From the NCBI GenBank assembly GCA_964527235.1, contig CAZGNC010000002.1, forward strand, positions 146,381 through 210,380: a stretch of 64,000 nucleotides of DNA, read 5' to 3'. This document shows positions 8,721 through 18,425 of the stretch, in pieces (within the stretch, counting starts at the first letter, position 1; each line of letters begins with the position of its first letter). This DNA is from an uncultured Candidatus Saccharibacteria bacterium. Its GTDB lineage: Bacteria > Patescibacteriota > Minisyncoccia > Phycocordibacterales > UBA9973. Under the pieces are notes generated by a model, which was not told where the DNA came from, did no database searches, and saw only the letters and a list, made by a program, of their open reading frames with translations. Made by a program: the position numbers and the translations under genes.

Positions 8721-11700
8721 ATGCAAAAAGAAAAAAAATCACCAAAGTTCAAAAAGATTCTAGTGCTAGGTTCTGGTGCGCTCATGATCGGGCAAGCAGG
8801 GGAGTTCGACTATTCTGGAAGCCAGGCAATCAAGGCACTTAAAGAAGAGAATATCAAAGTTGTTTTAATCAATCCCAACATCGCTACTTATCAGACTTCT
8901 AAAACTCTAGCGGATGAAGTTTATTTCCTCCCAGTTAACGACCACTTTGTCGAAAAGGTTATCGCTAAAGAAAGACCTGACGGCGTGATGCTTTCCTTCG
9001 GTGGACAGACTGCACTTAACTGCGGACTTTCAATGTCAGAAAAAGGAGTTTTCAAAAAATACAATGTAGAAGTTTTAGGGAGCCCTATTTCATCTATCGA
9101 GCTTACTGAAGATCGCGAACTTTTCGCGAGACATCTGAAAAGTATCGGCATTCCTGTGCCACAGTCAGATACAGCTGTGAGTATGAAAGAAGCAAAAGTT
9201 GTTGCAAATAAAATAGGCTTCCCGTTAATGGTGCGCGCAGCTTTCGCTTTGGGTGGGCAGAAGTCTGGAGTGGTGCACAACGAAAAAGAATTAGAAGAAA
9301 TAGTAAAAGGAGCTCTGGCGGTTTCGCCACAAGTTTTGATAGAGAAATATCTGCATCACTTTAAAGAAGTTGAGTACGAGGTTGTTCGCGACAAAAATGG
9401 TAACACGATAACTGTGTGTAACATGGAAAATCTAGATCCTCTCGGGATTCATACGGGGGACTCTATAGTTGTTGCTCCAAGTCAGACACTAAGCAATGAA
9501 GAGTATCATGGACTACGACAAGCAAGTATAAAAATCGTTGAGAGTTTGAAAATTGTTGGTGAGTGTAATGTGCAGTATGCCCTAAACCCAAATCCTAAAA
9601 ACGGTGAGTTGGATTATTTTGTGATTGAAGTAAACGCACGACTCTCACGCTCTAGCGCGCTTGCTTCAAAGGCCACTGGATACCCACTAGCGTATGTCGC
9701 TGCCAAGCTCGCACTGGGACAGACTCTAAGTGAGATAGATAATAAAATTACAAAAGTAACCCAGAGTTTTTTTGAGCCGGCGCTTGATTATGTGGTTGTG
9801 AAAATGCCACGTTGGGATTTGGAGAAATTCAAAGGTGCTGAAGAGCACATCAACAGCGCGATGAAGTCTGTTGGTGAAGTTATGTCTATCGGTAGGTCTT
9901 TCGAAGAAGCACTACAGAAAGCCGTGCGTATGCAAACCGGGCTTATTGAAGGTGTGACTGATAATGGATTTAAAGATAAAAAAGATTTAAATAAATTTAT
10001 AAATACTCCGACACCACGGAGGCTATTCGCAGTGGCTCTAGCACTAAAGAATAATATGAGTGTCGAGTCACTGTATAAAATCACTGGCATCGATCCGTGG
10101 TTCTTGCACAGGATCAAAAACATTGTTGACGTTGAGAAGAAATTTACAAAGAAGAAAATACTCAATAAAGAAACAATGCAAGAATTGAAAGAAGTCGGAT
10201 TCTCAGACAAGAAGATAGGTTTGCTCTGTGGTAAAACTGAATTTCAAATTCGTAAATTGCGTAAAAGCCTAGGAGTTCTGCCTGCTGTGTTTGCTATAGA
10301 TACACTTGCGGGGGAGGTGCCAGCCAAGACGAACTATCTATATCTTACTTATCATGGTAGCCACCATGATGTGACTCCTTTGGGTGGCAAGTCTGTGGTG
10401 GTGCTAGGCAGTGGCCCGTATCATATCGGTTCCTCGGTGGAGTTCGACTGGTCGTCTGTGCACGCAGCTATGGCACTTAAGCGACACAAAAGGGAGTCAA
10501 TAATCATAAACTGCAACCCTGAAACTGTTTCTACTGATTATGATATGTCAGATCGTTTGTATTTTGAAAATCTTTCATTTGAAACAGTCGCAGATATTTT
10601 TGAATTCGAAAGTTCTTCTGGCTTGATTATTTCAGTAGGGGGACAGCGACCGAACAACCTAGCTCAGAAGCTTTCTCGCGAAGGGTTTCACATATTTGGG
10701 ACACAGGCAGAAAATATCGATAGAGCTGAAGACCGCAATGCTTTCTCGGCGTTGCTCGACAAACTCAGTATCCTTCAGCCGAAGTGGTCTAGTTTCACAA
10801 GCATGAATGAAGCCAAGAAATTTGCTAAAGTCGAAGGTTTCCCAGTATTAGTGCGTCCTTCTTATGTGCTTTCGGGGGCTGCGATGCGGGTATGCTATGA
10901 CGAGGTGCAGTTATCTAGTTTCATAACTAAGGCTGCTGTTTTGTCACCTGAATACCCAGTAACAATTTCTAAATATATAGAAAATGCGAAAGAACTCGAG
11001 TTCGACGCAGTGGCTCAGGATGGCGAGTTGGTTATTTATGCTATTTCTGAGCATGTCGAAAATGCAGGAGTGCATTCGGGCGACGCGACCATCGTATATC
11101 CAACTCAGAGAGTTTATGCTTCGACCGAATTTCAGCTTAGAGAAATTTCTAGAAAGATTGCGAAAGAGCTCGCCATAACTGGTCCTTTCAATATTCAGTT
11201 TTTGGTTAAAGACAACAAACCATACGTCATCGAAGTGAACTTGCGTGCAAGTCGAACATTCCCTATGCTCTCGAAGGCTATGGATGTAAATTTCCCAGAG
11301 ATGGCAGTCGACAGTTTCTTCGGTAAAGCTGTGAAGCACAAATTTGTGTATCCAAAATATGTGGTGGTGAAGTCCCCACAGTTTTCTTTCTCGCGATTGC
11401 TTGGTGCTGATCCGGTGCTTCGTGTTGAAATGTCTTCCACTGGAGAGGCTGCTTGTTTCGGCAAAGATTATGATGAAGCTCTACTTAAGTCAGTCCTCAG
11501 CACCAACAGATTTGATTTCGATAAAAAGACAGTGCTACTGTCTCTTGGAGGGGATATAAATAAAGCAAAGTTTATTGAAGCTGCACGAACGTTACACAGT
11601 CTTGGATATAAAATTTTCGCGACAGATACGACAGCTGAATTTCTAAATCACCACAAGGTAGCATGTTATAGTGTCAGGAAAGCCCACGAGGAGTCACCTA

Positions 11701-11954
11701 ATGTGCTTGATATAATTGAAGGTAAGAAGGTTTCCTTTGTGGTAAATTTAAGCAAGGATGGTTCGCTAGATGGCATAAGTAAACGCTCTGCGACACAAGT
11801 AACTGATGGCTTTAGAATTCGTCGGGCTACTGTAGATAACCAAATCCCGCTGTTTACCGATCTGCACCTTGCTCGAGCATTTATAAAGGCGCTCGCGCAC
11901 CACAAAGTGGAGGACTTAGAAATTAAATCTTATAAAGAATATTTAAATGGATAA
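8721..11954 (+). CDS. carB: Carbamoyl-phosphate synthase large subunit
   Basis: IGQAGEFDYSG, two ATP-grasp halves, IEVNARLSRSSALASKATG, C-terminal MGS-like domain. Confidence 0.97.
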   Translation: MQKEKKSPKFKKILVLGSGALMIGQAGEFDYSGSQAIKALKEENIKVVLINPNIATYQTSKTLADEVYFLPVNDHFVEKVIAKERPDGVMLSFGGQTALNCGLSMSEKGVFKKYNVEVLGSPISSIELTEDRELFARHLKSIGIPVPQSDTAVSMKEAKVVANKIGFPLMVRAAFALGGQKSGVVHNEKELEEIVKGALAVSPQVLIEKYLHHFKEVEYEVVRDKNGNTITVCNMENLDPLGIHTGDSIVVAPSQTLSNEEYHGLRQASIKIVESLKIVGECNVQYALNPNPKNGELDYFVIEVNARLSRSSALASKATGYPLAYVAAKLALGQTLSEIDNKITKVTQSFFEPALDYVVVKMPRWDLEKFKGAEEHINSAMKSVGEVMSIGRSFEEALQKAVRMQTGLIEGVTDNGFKDKKDLNKFINTPTPRRLFAVALALKNNMSVESLYKITGIDPWFLHRIKNIVDVEKKFTKKKILNKETMQELKEVGFSDKKIGLLCGKTEFQIRKLRKSLGVLPAVFAIDTLAGEVPAKTNYLYLTYHGSHHDVTPLGGKSVVVLGSGPYHIGSSVEFDWSSVHAAMALKRHKRESIIINCNPETVSTDYDMSDRLYFENLSFETVADIFEFESSSGLIISVGGQRPNNLAQKLSREGFHIFGTQAENIDRAEDRNAFSALLDKLSILQPKWSSFTSMNEAKKFAKVEGFPVLVRPSYVLSGAAMRVCYDEVQLSSFITKAAVLSPEYPVTISKYIENAKELEFDAVAQDGELVIYAISEHVENAGVHSGDATIVYPTQRVYASTEFQLREISRKIAKELAITGPFNIQFLVKDNKPYVIEVNLRASRTFPMLSKAMDVNFPEMAVDSFFGKAVKHKFVYPKYVVVKSPQFSFSRLLGADPVLRVEMSSTGEAACFGKDYDEALLKSVLSTNRFDFDKKTVLLSLGGDINKAKFIEAARTLHSLGYKIFATDTTAEFLNHHKVACYSVRKAHEESPNVLDIIEGKKVSFVVNLSKDGSLDGISKRSATQVTDGFRIRRATVDNQIPLFTDLHLARAFIKALAHHKVEDLEIKSYKEYLNG

Positions 11955-12879
11955 ATTTATGAAGCACATAATTTCTGGTAAACAATTTGCAAATAAAAAA
12001 CTTCTAGAAAAAATATTGAAAAGGGCTAGTGCTTTTGAGCTCTCTGATAAAAAAGGCAAGGTGCCTAAATTATTGAAAGACAAAATCGTGGCATGTATTT
12101 TCTTCGAGCCTTCGACTCGCACCAGACTTTCGTTTGAGACTGCAGCACTTAAGCTGGGTGCGCAAGTTATCTCAGTAGAGAATGCGCTTGCTAGTTCTTC
12201 GGCTTACAAAGGCGAGACGTTAGAGGATACCACTAAGATAATAAATGGTTATGCTGATATCTTCGTACTTCGCCATCCCGAAAGTGGCGCCGCTGAGAGG
12301 GCTTCGAAGGTTTCTAAAATTCCAGTGATAAACGCAGGGGACGGCGCCAAAGAACACCCCACACAGGCTCTGCTTGATCTATACACTATAAATAAAGAAC
12401 ATAAAAAATTAGAAAATCTAACTTTAGTTTTTGTGGGGGATCTTCTGTACAGTCGAACTATTCATTCTTTGCTTCCACTTCTAGCTGAGTACAAAAATAA
12501 CAAATTTATTTTTGTTTCTCCTTTAGAGCTTGCGTTACCCAAAGATTACACGAATTTACTTGATGAAAAGGGAATTGGGTTTACTCAGTCGAGAGATTTA
12601 GATTCTGCGTTAAAAGTCGCAGACGTGGTGTATATGACACGAGTACAGAAAGAAAGGTTTAGTAAGGTCGCTAGTTATAATAAAGTTAAAGATATATTTC
12701 TTCTCAAAAAAGAGCATTTAAATATAATGAAAAAGAACGCTATCATTATGCATCCATTACCTAGGATAAACGAGATTGATCCTGAGATAGATCTAGATTC
12801 TCGGGCAGCTTACTTTCGCCAAGCAAAAAACGGCCTCTATGTAAGAATGGCCGTTTTGCTAGAGTCGCTTGGTCTGTAG
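11947..12879 (+). CDS. pyrB: Aspartate carbamoyltransferase
   Basis: FFEPSTRTRLSF, HPTQALLD, RVQKER, HPLPR; alternative start at 11959. Confidence 0.96.
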   Translation: MDKFMKHIISGKQFANKKLLEKILKRASAFELSDKKGKVPKLLKDKIVACIFFEPSTRTRLSFETAALKLGAQVISVENALASSSAYKGETLEDTTKIINGYADIFVLRHPESGAAERASKVSKIPVINAGDGAKEHPTQALLDLYTINKEHKKLENLTLVFVGDLLYSRTIHSLLPLLAEYKNNKFIFVSPLELALPKDYTNLLDEKGIGFTQSRDLDSALKVADVVYMTRVQKERFSKVASYNKVKDIFLLKKEHLNIMKKNAIIMHPLPRINEIDPEIDLDSRAAYFRQAKNGLYVRMAVLLESLGL

Positions 12880-13938
12880 TTATTTGACGCTCTCTAAGAA
12901 TTTAAATATTTGTTCGTTGGTGAGTACGTTTTCAGCATGCATTCGAGCGCGCTCTGGGTCAGCTTCCTTGTAGTGTTCTAGAATCATAGCTACTTCGTTG
13001 GCGACTTGTTCTGGGTCTGCTGTGATGTTCTCAGCTTTACCGATGTGGTGCAGGACTAGAGCAAGTTTTGCCCTTTTCTCACCGTCGTTTCTGAATTCTT
13101 TCCTTAGGTCCTCAGTGGTTTTGTTTATATGCTTGATATAATCCTCGAATTTTAGACCCATCTGAGCTATGTCAGACTCCATTCTTTGCAAGATTTTTTC
13201 AATCTCTGAATCGATTAATATTTCAGGAAGTTCTACCTTGGTCCCTTCGATAATTTTCTCTACTATCTTTAGGCGAGTTTTCTCGCGTTTTTGATTTTCT
13301 TTTTCAATTTTTATATTTGCTTTAAGCTTATCTTTGAAATCTGCCACATTTTCGAATGGACCAAGCCCTTTCACGAAGTCATCATTGAACTCTGGAAGCT
13401 CTGGTTCTGGAGCTTTGTCTGTTTCTCCTTCTTTCTTTTCTACACTTTCTGCCATATGGATTTTAGGAGCACGAGATTTCCTTATATCCATGATAGTAGT
13501 CTCCACCTCTTCGTCGGTGACAGTAAGCTCCTTTTCTTCTTCAGATTCTTTGACTATCTTTTTCGCTATGTCTTTATAGTCGGGGAGTTCTACTTTAGGC
13601 AGTGTCGCAGTTTTTATCTTAAAACCCAGTGGGTTATTTCGAGCGAGCTTGGTTATAAATATTTCAGGTCGGCCGATTGCGTCTATCTTTTCTTCTTCGA
13701 GAATCTTGGGGTAGTGTTCACCGAGCGCTAGCTCTGCCATCTCTTCTAAGATGTGCATTTCACCAACTTTCTCTATTAGGACTTTCTCTGGGACTTTTCC
13801 TTTTCTGAACCCGTCTATTTCGATTTTTTCGCTAACGTGCTCTAACGCTTTTTTGAAATAAGATTCAAAAATGTCACCAGGAAGTTCGCCCTCGATTTCT
13901 ATCTCGCTTTTAGGTAAATTCTTTATATTTAATTTCAT
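12880..13938 (-). CDS. tig: Trigger factor (short form, apparently no FKBP domain)
   Basis: Ribosome-binding signature GFRKGKVP and C-terminal chaperone domain; only 352 aa. Confidence 0.88.
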   Translation of the reverse strand: MKLNIKNLPKSEIEIEGELPGDIFESYFKKALEHVSEKIEIDGFRKGKVPEKVLIEKVGEMHILEEMAELALGEHYPKILEEEKIDAIGRPEIFITKLARNNPLGFKIKTATLPKVELPDYKDIAKKIVKESEEEKELTVTDEEVETTIMDIRKSRAPKIHMAESVEKKEGETDKAPEPELPEFNDDFVKGLGPFENVADFKDKLKANIKIEKENQKREKTRLKIVEKIIEGTKVELPEILIDSEIEKILQRMESDIAQMGLKFEDYIKHINKTTEDLRKEFRNDGEKRAKLALVLHHIGKAENITADPEQVANEVAMILEHYKEADPERARMHAENVLTNEQIFKFLESVK

Positions 13939-13939
13939 T

Positions 13940-14188
13940 TTATATTTCAGAGTCTAGGCTTTCTAGGTCCATGGTGTTTAGTTCGGCTTCGACTTCAGTA
14001 GTATCAGTTGTTGTGTTGCTCTGTGTCTGTGTCTCTGTGCCTGTTGTGGTGTCCTCGGTTGTTGGCACGACTGGTTCTTTATCCATGTTTGTTTTTAAAA
14101 GATATAAACCACCAAGGATCAAGATTATGATAATCACTATCGAACCCACTAATGCACCATTTGAATTTGTTTGTTGTTCTGGTTCCAT
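13940..14188 (-). CDS. Small single-pass membrane protein with acidic Thr-rich tail
   Basis: One hydrophobic helix (GALVGSIVIIIILILGGLYLL); 1 nt from the tig start. Confidence 0.75.
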   Translation of the reverse strand: MEPEQQTNSNGALVGSIVIIIILILGGLYLLKTNMDKEPVVPTTEDTTTGTETQTQSNTTTDTTEVEAELNTMDLESLDSEI

Positions 14189-14212
14189 GTTATTTATTTA
14201 ACTAATAATAAT

Positions 14213-15127
14213 TTATTCAGATTTTGATGAATCATCTTCTGAATCATCTATGTCTGAACTAGTTGCTTTTAGGTTTTTAATAGCCTCGATTGAGCTTTTA
14301 AGGTTGGTGTGAGATTCTTTCAGTAAATCCTTTGCCTCTCGAGCTTTGAGTTTTATCTGTTCGAATATTTCAGGTGTTATGCTTGAGCCATCTGCGGGAA
14401 CTAATGCTTTGATTTCAGCAACCTTAGCCTTTGCCTCGCTTAATTTAGTCTTAGAGAGAGTTAGGTATTCTTCAGCGGTTTTGGTATCCTTACCCTCAGC
14501 CTTTAGCTTAGTTAGTATTTCTCCGACTCTTGTCTGAACTTTTTCTAGCTCAGCTACCGCGTTTTGAAATCTCTCACTTAGCATTGCTTTCGCCTTGTTC
14601 AAGAAATCCTCTTTTCGTTCCTTGTTGGCACTTTTCCATTCTTCTTTCTTTGCTTGCAACTCTGTCTTGAAAGTTTCGCGTTTAGTCTTAAGCTCTGTAA
14701 TTAATGCCTGACGCTCAGCTTCTGTCTTGGTTCTAAATGCTTCTCTCTTGGCTTTCATTTCGGCTTCGAGCTTAGCTCGTTCGTCTTTCATTTTTTGTTC
14801 GAAAGCAGCCTTTTCTTCTGGAGTAGTTAAGCTTTCTCTCTCGGCCTTAAATGCTTCTCTCTTAGCCTTCATTTCAGCTTCTAGTGCTTTTCTTTCCTCA
14901 TCAGTTTTGCTCTTCTGTGCCTCTCTTTTAGCTTTGAGCTCTGCCTCGAGGTTTGCCCGTTCGTTTTTCATCTTTTGCTCGCGCGCGCGTAGCTCGTCTT
15001 TGTTAGTAGTTGTGGTGGTGGTTGTGGTTTTAACCTCATCCTCTGATTCATTTGCTAATACTAAGTTGAAAGATAGGGCTAGCATCAAAACCATAGAGGA
15101 AACTATATATTTATTGTATTTTTTCAT
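14213..15127 (-). CDS. Secreted coiled-coil protein with LEAE(L/M)KAKREA repeats
   Basis: Signal peptide, poly-Thr linker, repeated charged helical units. Confidence 0.8.
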   Translation of the reverse strand: MKKYNKYIVSSMVLMLALSFNLVLANESEDEVKTTTTTTTTNKDELRAREQKMKNERANLEAELKAKREAQKSKTDEERKALEAEMKAKREAFKAERESLTTPEEKAAFEQKMKDERAKLEAEMKAKREAFRTKTEAERQALITELKTKRETFKTELQAKKEEWKSANKERKEDFLNKAKAMLSERFQNAVAELEKVQTRVGEILTKLKAEGKDTKTAEEYLTLSKTKLSEAKAKVAEIKALVPADGSSITPEIFEQIKLKAREAKDLLKESHTNLKSSIEAIKNLKATSSDIDDSEDDSSKSE

Positions 15128-15233
15128 ATTTTTAATTAAAAACTAATAATTAGATAACTTTTTAAACTACCATATAAATTATGATAGCGTTAGACGTATT
15201 ATACCCTAGAATTAAGAAAGAAACTAAATATGA

Positions 15234-15818
15234 TTATTCAAACTTAGGTAGGTAGATTTCTGTGTATCTTTGCTCACAATCCTCTATGATTTTCACAGCT
15301 TCTTTGGTGTCGAAGAAGCCTTTGGTTACACCAGTTCCTGGCTTTTTCAAGAATTTTATATTCTCCCAGAAATAAGTAGTTTCTTTTTTAAATTGTTCGC
15401 CGAGATCTTCTATGGATTGGATGTGGTCACTGCGTCGGTCGTCAGCAAGAACTGCTATTACTTTGTCATCTATTTCTTTGTTGTCTTCGAATTTCATTAC
15501 GCCGATTACTCGAGCTTCAACCAGACATCCTGGCACTAACGGCTCGGTGACATTCACAATACAGATATCTAATGGGTCGTTATCATAATCCCAGGTTTGT
15601 GGTATCGCACCGTAAGTGAAAGGGTATGCGAGTGAAGAGTATCCCACGCGATCAAGCTTGAGTTGTCCTGACTCAGTTATAATTTCATATTTATTCAAGC
15701 TTCCTGTTGTTGTCTCTACTATTGCATTCACGACTACTTTATCTTTATCAGCGAATGCAGGCAGTGCGTGAAGCAAGTTCAGCATTGTCTTCGAAGGTTT
15801 ATGGTTTATGTTTGCCAT
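15234..15818 (-). CDS. ppa: Inorganic pyrophosphatase (family I)
   Basis: NKYE, LDRV, YGAIPQT, DNDPLD, DDKVIAV; start may be 15785. Confidence 0.92.
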   Translation of the reverse strand: MANINHKPSKTMLNLLHALPAFADKDKVVVNAIVETTTGSLNKYEIITESGQLKLDRVGYSSLAYPFTYGAIPQTWDYDNDPLDICIVNVTEPLVPGCLVEARVIGVMKFEDNKEIDDKVIAVLADDRRSDHIQSIEDLGEQFKKETTYFWENIKFLKKPGTGVTKGFFDTKEAVKIIEDCEQRYTEIYLPKFE

Positions 15819-15870
15819 ATATTTATTTAATTATTATAACAAGCGATAGTAATACAAGCAAAATTGCTTT

Positions 15871-17010
15871 TTATTCTGCGACTTCAGAAGAAGCCACCTC
15901 ACCACCTTTGCCCTTGATGTCTATCTTCCATCCAGTGAGCTTTGCTGCTAGGCGTACGTTCTGTCCGCCCTTGCCGATAGCTAGCGAGAGTTGGTCTTCG
16001 CCGACTTCTACGGTCGCTTTGTGTTCTTTTTCGTCTATGTCGATAGAAATGACCTTAGCTGGAGAAAGTGCATTAGAGACAAGGGTTTTAGGGTCTTCTG
16101 ACCAAGGGATTATGTCGATTTTCTCACCTCCGAGTTCTGCGGTTATTGTATTTACACGAGTACCTTTCTGCCCGACACATGAACCTACTGGGTCGATATG
16201 GTCGTCATTAGAGTGAACACTTATCTTAGATCTTGCCCCAGCTTCTCTTGCAACTGCTTTGATCTCTACGATACCGTTGGCAACTTCTGGAGCTTCAACC
16301 GCGAAAAGCTTTTCTAAGAATTTAGGATGGGTACGAGAAAGTCGTAGAGAGATTCCTCTTGGTGTATCTTCTACTTGATAGAGATATGCACGTAGACGTT
16401 GACCACGCTGTAGATACTCTCCTGGGATTTGTTCATCACCAGCAAGTATACCTGTAGCACGATTGAAATCTACGAAAACATTTCCGCGTTCGATTTTCTG
16501 AACAATACCAGAAACTATTTCACCTTCTTTGGTTCCGTACTCATCGATGATAGAAGTTCTTTCTGCTTCACGAATTTTCTGCACGATAACTTGCTTGGCA
16601 GTTTGGGCTGCGATACGACCGTAGTCGTCTTTTGGTTCGAGAGGGAACACGACTTCGTCATTTAGCTCGACACCCTTCTTTATCTTCTTGGCATCTTCGA
16701 GCATGATGTGGTGCTCACTGTTGAAACGAACGCGCTCATCGCCTTCGTCTTTGACAGAGTATTCTGCTTCTTCGTCTTCGGCTTCATCTTTGGTTATGGT
16801 TTCATCTACTACAATTTTCACCTGGTAGAAATCAACCTTGCCTGTATCGAGGTCGAATTTTGCGCGGATGATTTGCCCCTTTTTCCCGTAGTCTTTCTTG
16901 TATGCTGCCGCCATAGCTTGCTCGATAGCATCTAGTATCTTTTCTTTTGGAATTTTCCTCTCTTCTTCTAATTGTTCGAGAGCTGATTTGAATGTTTTTA
17001 GGTCTAACAT
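15871..17010 (-). CDS. nusA: Transcription factor NusA
   Basis: GRIAAQTAKQVI, S1 and KH domains, AIGKGGQNVRLAAKLTGWKIDI. Confidence 0.97.
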   Translation of the reverse strand: MLDLKTFKSALEQLEEERKIPKEKILDAIEQAMAAAYKKDYGKKGQIIRAKFDLDTGKVDFYQVKIVVDETITKDEAEDEEAEYSVKDEGDERVRFNSEHHIMLEDAKKIKKGVELNDEVVFPLEPKDDYGRIAAQTAKQVIVQKIREAERTSIIDEYGTKEGEIVSGIVQKIERGNVFVDFNRATGILAGDEQIPGEYLQRGQRLRAYLYQVEDTPRGISLRLSRTHPKFLEKLFAVEAPEVANGIVEIKAVAREAGARSKISVHSNDDHIDPVGSCVGQKGTRVNTITAELGGEKIDIIPWSEDPKTLVSNALSPAKVISIDIDEKEHKATVEVGEDQLSLAIGKGGQNVRLAAKLTGWKIDIKGKGGEVASSEVAE

Positions 17011-17197
17011 AATTGATTTTTATTAAATTTTGCTAAAAATAAAAGCCCTGGTTGCACAGGACGTTTATACGGTAATCATATCATAGTAGGGGGTAGGGAG
17101 CAAGCTTTATAGAAAATCGTAGTTTTTGGTGGTTTTTTAGCCTTATTTTGCAAGGTTTTTGAAGAGTCTTCGGTTATTCACAGTTTGTCCACTTTAC

Positions 17198-17227
17198 TTG
17201 CTTTTTGTCCATGTTTTGTGGTATAAT
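17198..17227 (+). promoter_or_regulatory. sigma70-type promoter of cassette 2
   Basis: TTGCTT (17198-17203), 18 nt, TATAAT (17222-17227) with extended TG. Confidence 0.75.
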
Positions 17228-17327
17228 CCCCTTAGATGTGCGCACTCTGCGCACTGACTGTTGTTCGTCAACGTTGTTAAGAACCTTACTCTCTTCCATT
17301 TGCCGATGAGTCGGCAAGGAGCTTCTG

Positions 17328-18263
17328 ATGACTGCTACAATGCTTGCTCGTCGTATGACGGCCGCACTAGTGGCCGTCGTCAATCTCGTCTTTCTCGTCG
17401 CTTGCGGCGGGTCTGACGGGGGACCCGTTAGCCCAGTGGTGGTGACTCCACCACCGACACCTGTGCTTACCTCTTTCTTGGTTACCGTTGACTCGGTGAT
17501 CACTGAAGGGGGCGCTTCGCCAGTGCGTTTCTTTTGCGCATATGACGGAGGGGCTTCCTATGACTGCACTGCTGAAGTGCAATCATGGTCGGCTGAAAGC
17601 CCCTTGGAGAAAAGGGGAACCACTGTCGTTGGGATGACCGTAGGAGTTGGCAAGATTTCGGCCAGCTTCAAGGGCAAGATTGCGGAAGTTTCTGTTCGCG
17701 TAAAGCCCGACGGCACGCCGTGGGACTCCCTCCCGGTTCAGACTACCGAAGAGCAGAGGAAGTTCATCTCCTCGACTCTCGTCGGAGGCCGGGTGACTCC
17801 TTGGGGGAAAAAGTCCCCAACTGTTTGGGTCAACCCTGGGCTGTCGTCTACATGGAAGGCGGACTTTGATAGTGCGTCTTCCTACTGGAAGGACATGACC
17901 GATGGGCAGGTTTCTCTCGTCTTGGTCGCAGACTCTGCTCAGGCCGACATCACGGTCTCGTTCAACCCCTCCCTCGACTCCCTTGTGGCGTCAACAGGAG
18001 CATGTGGCGAGGCCCGTTGGAGTGTGTCCAACGGGTACCTGGTTAAAGGGGTGATCAATTTCTCCACGATAGCATCGTGTAGAAATTGGTTCTTCATCCA
18101 GCTGGCACATGATTTCGGTCATGTGCTACTGGGGACACGCTCTCACACCCCTGGTTGTGGGGATGTCCTCGGGAGCCCCTGTGCTCCTTGGCAGAAGTCC
18201 GAGTTTTTGAGGGGGGTTTCCAAGTTCGTGTATCTCGTGCCCCATGGAACAAAGCCTATCTAG
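17328..18263 (+). CDS. GC-rich predicted lipoprotein with Ig-like and metzincin-like domains
   Basis: AGGAG at 17317-17321; lipobox LVAC; Pro-rich linker; AHDFGHVLLGTRSH zinc-site-like motif. Confidence 0.75.
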   Translation: MTATMLARRMTAALVAVVNLVFLVACGGSDGGPVSPVVVTPPPTPVLTSFLVTVDSVITEGGASPVRFFCAYDGGASYDCTAEVQSWSAESPLEKRGTTVVGMTVGVGKISASFKGKIAEVSVRVKPDGTPWDSLPVQTTEEQRKFISSTLVGGRVTPWGKKSPTVWVNPGLSSTWKADFDSASSYWKDMTDGQVSLVLVADSAQADITVSFNPSLDSLVASTGACGEARWSVSNGYLVKGVINFSTIASCRNWFFIQLAHDFGHVLLGTRSHTPGCGDVLGSPCAPWQKSEFLRGVSKFVYLVPHGTKPI

Positions 18264-18284
18264 GCAAGGAGGTGTTTCATATCG

Positions 18285-18334
18285 CGCCCCGTGCGTTGAC
18301 CTAACTGGTCTTCGCTCGGGGCGTTGTTGTTTTT
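18285..18334 (+). terminator. Terminator of cassette 2
   Basis: CGCCCCG (18285-18291)/CGGGGCG (18317-18323) with inner GACC/GGTC, followed by TTGTTGTTTTT. Confidence 0.75.
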
Positions 18335-18425
18335 ATCCACAGTTTTTCCAACCATCAATTTTTGAATTTGTTTGTGTGATATAATACTAAGTACTATTAA
18401 TTGGTATTATTATTTTTATAATTAA

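Noticed and set aside
14640-14990. Repeated DNA resembling a CRISPR or tandem array
   Set aside because: Degenerate in-frame coding repeats of the coiled-coil protein; no constant repeat with unique spacers, no cas genes
17174-17503. Minus-strand 109-aa ORF overlapping cassette 2
   Set aside because: Antisense to the lipoprotein and runs across its promoter; no recognisable motif
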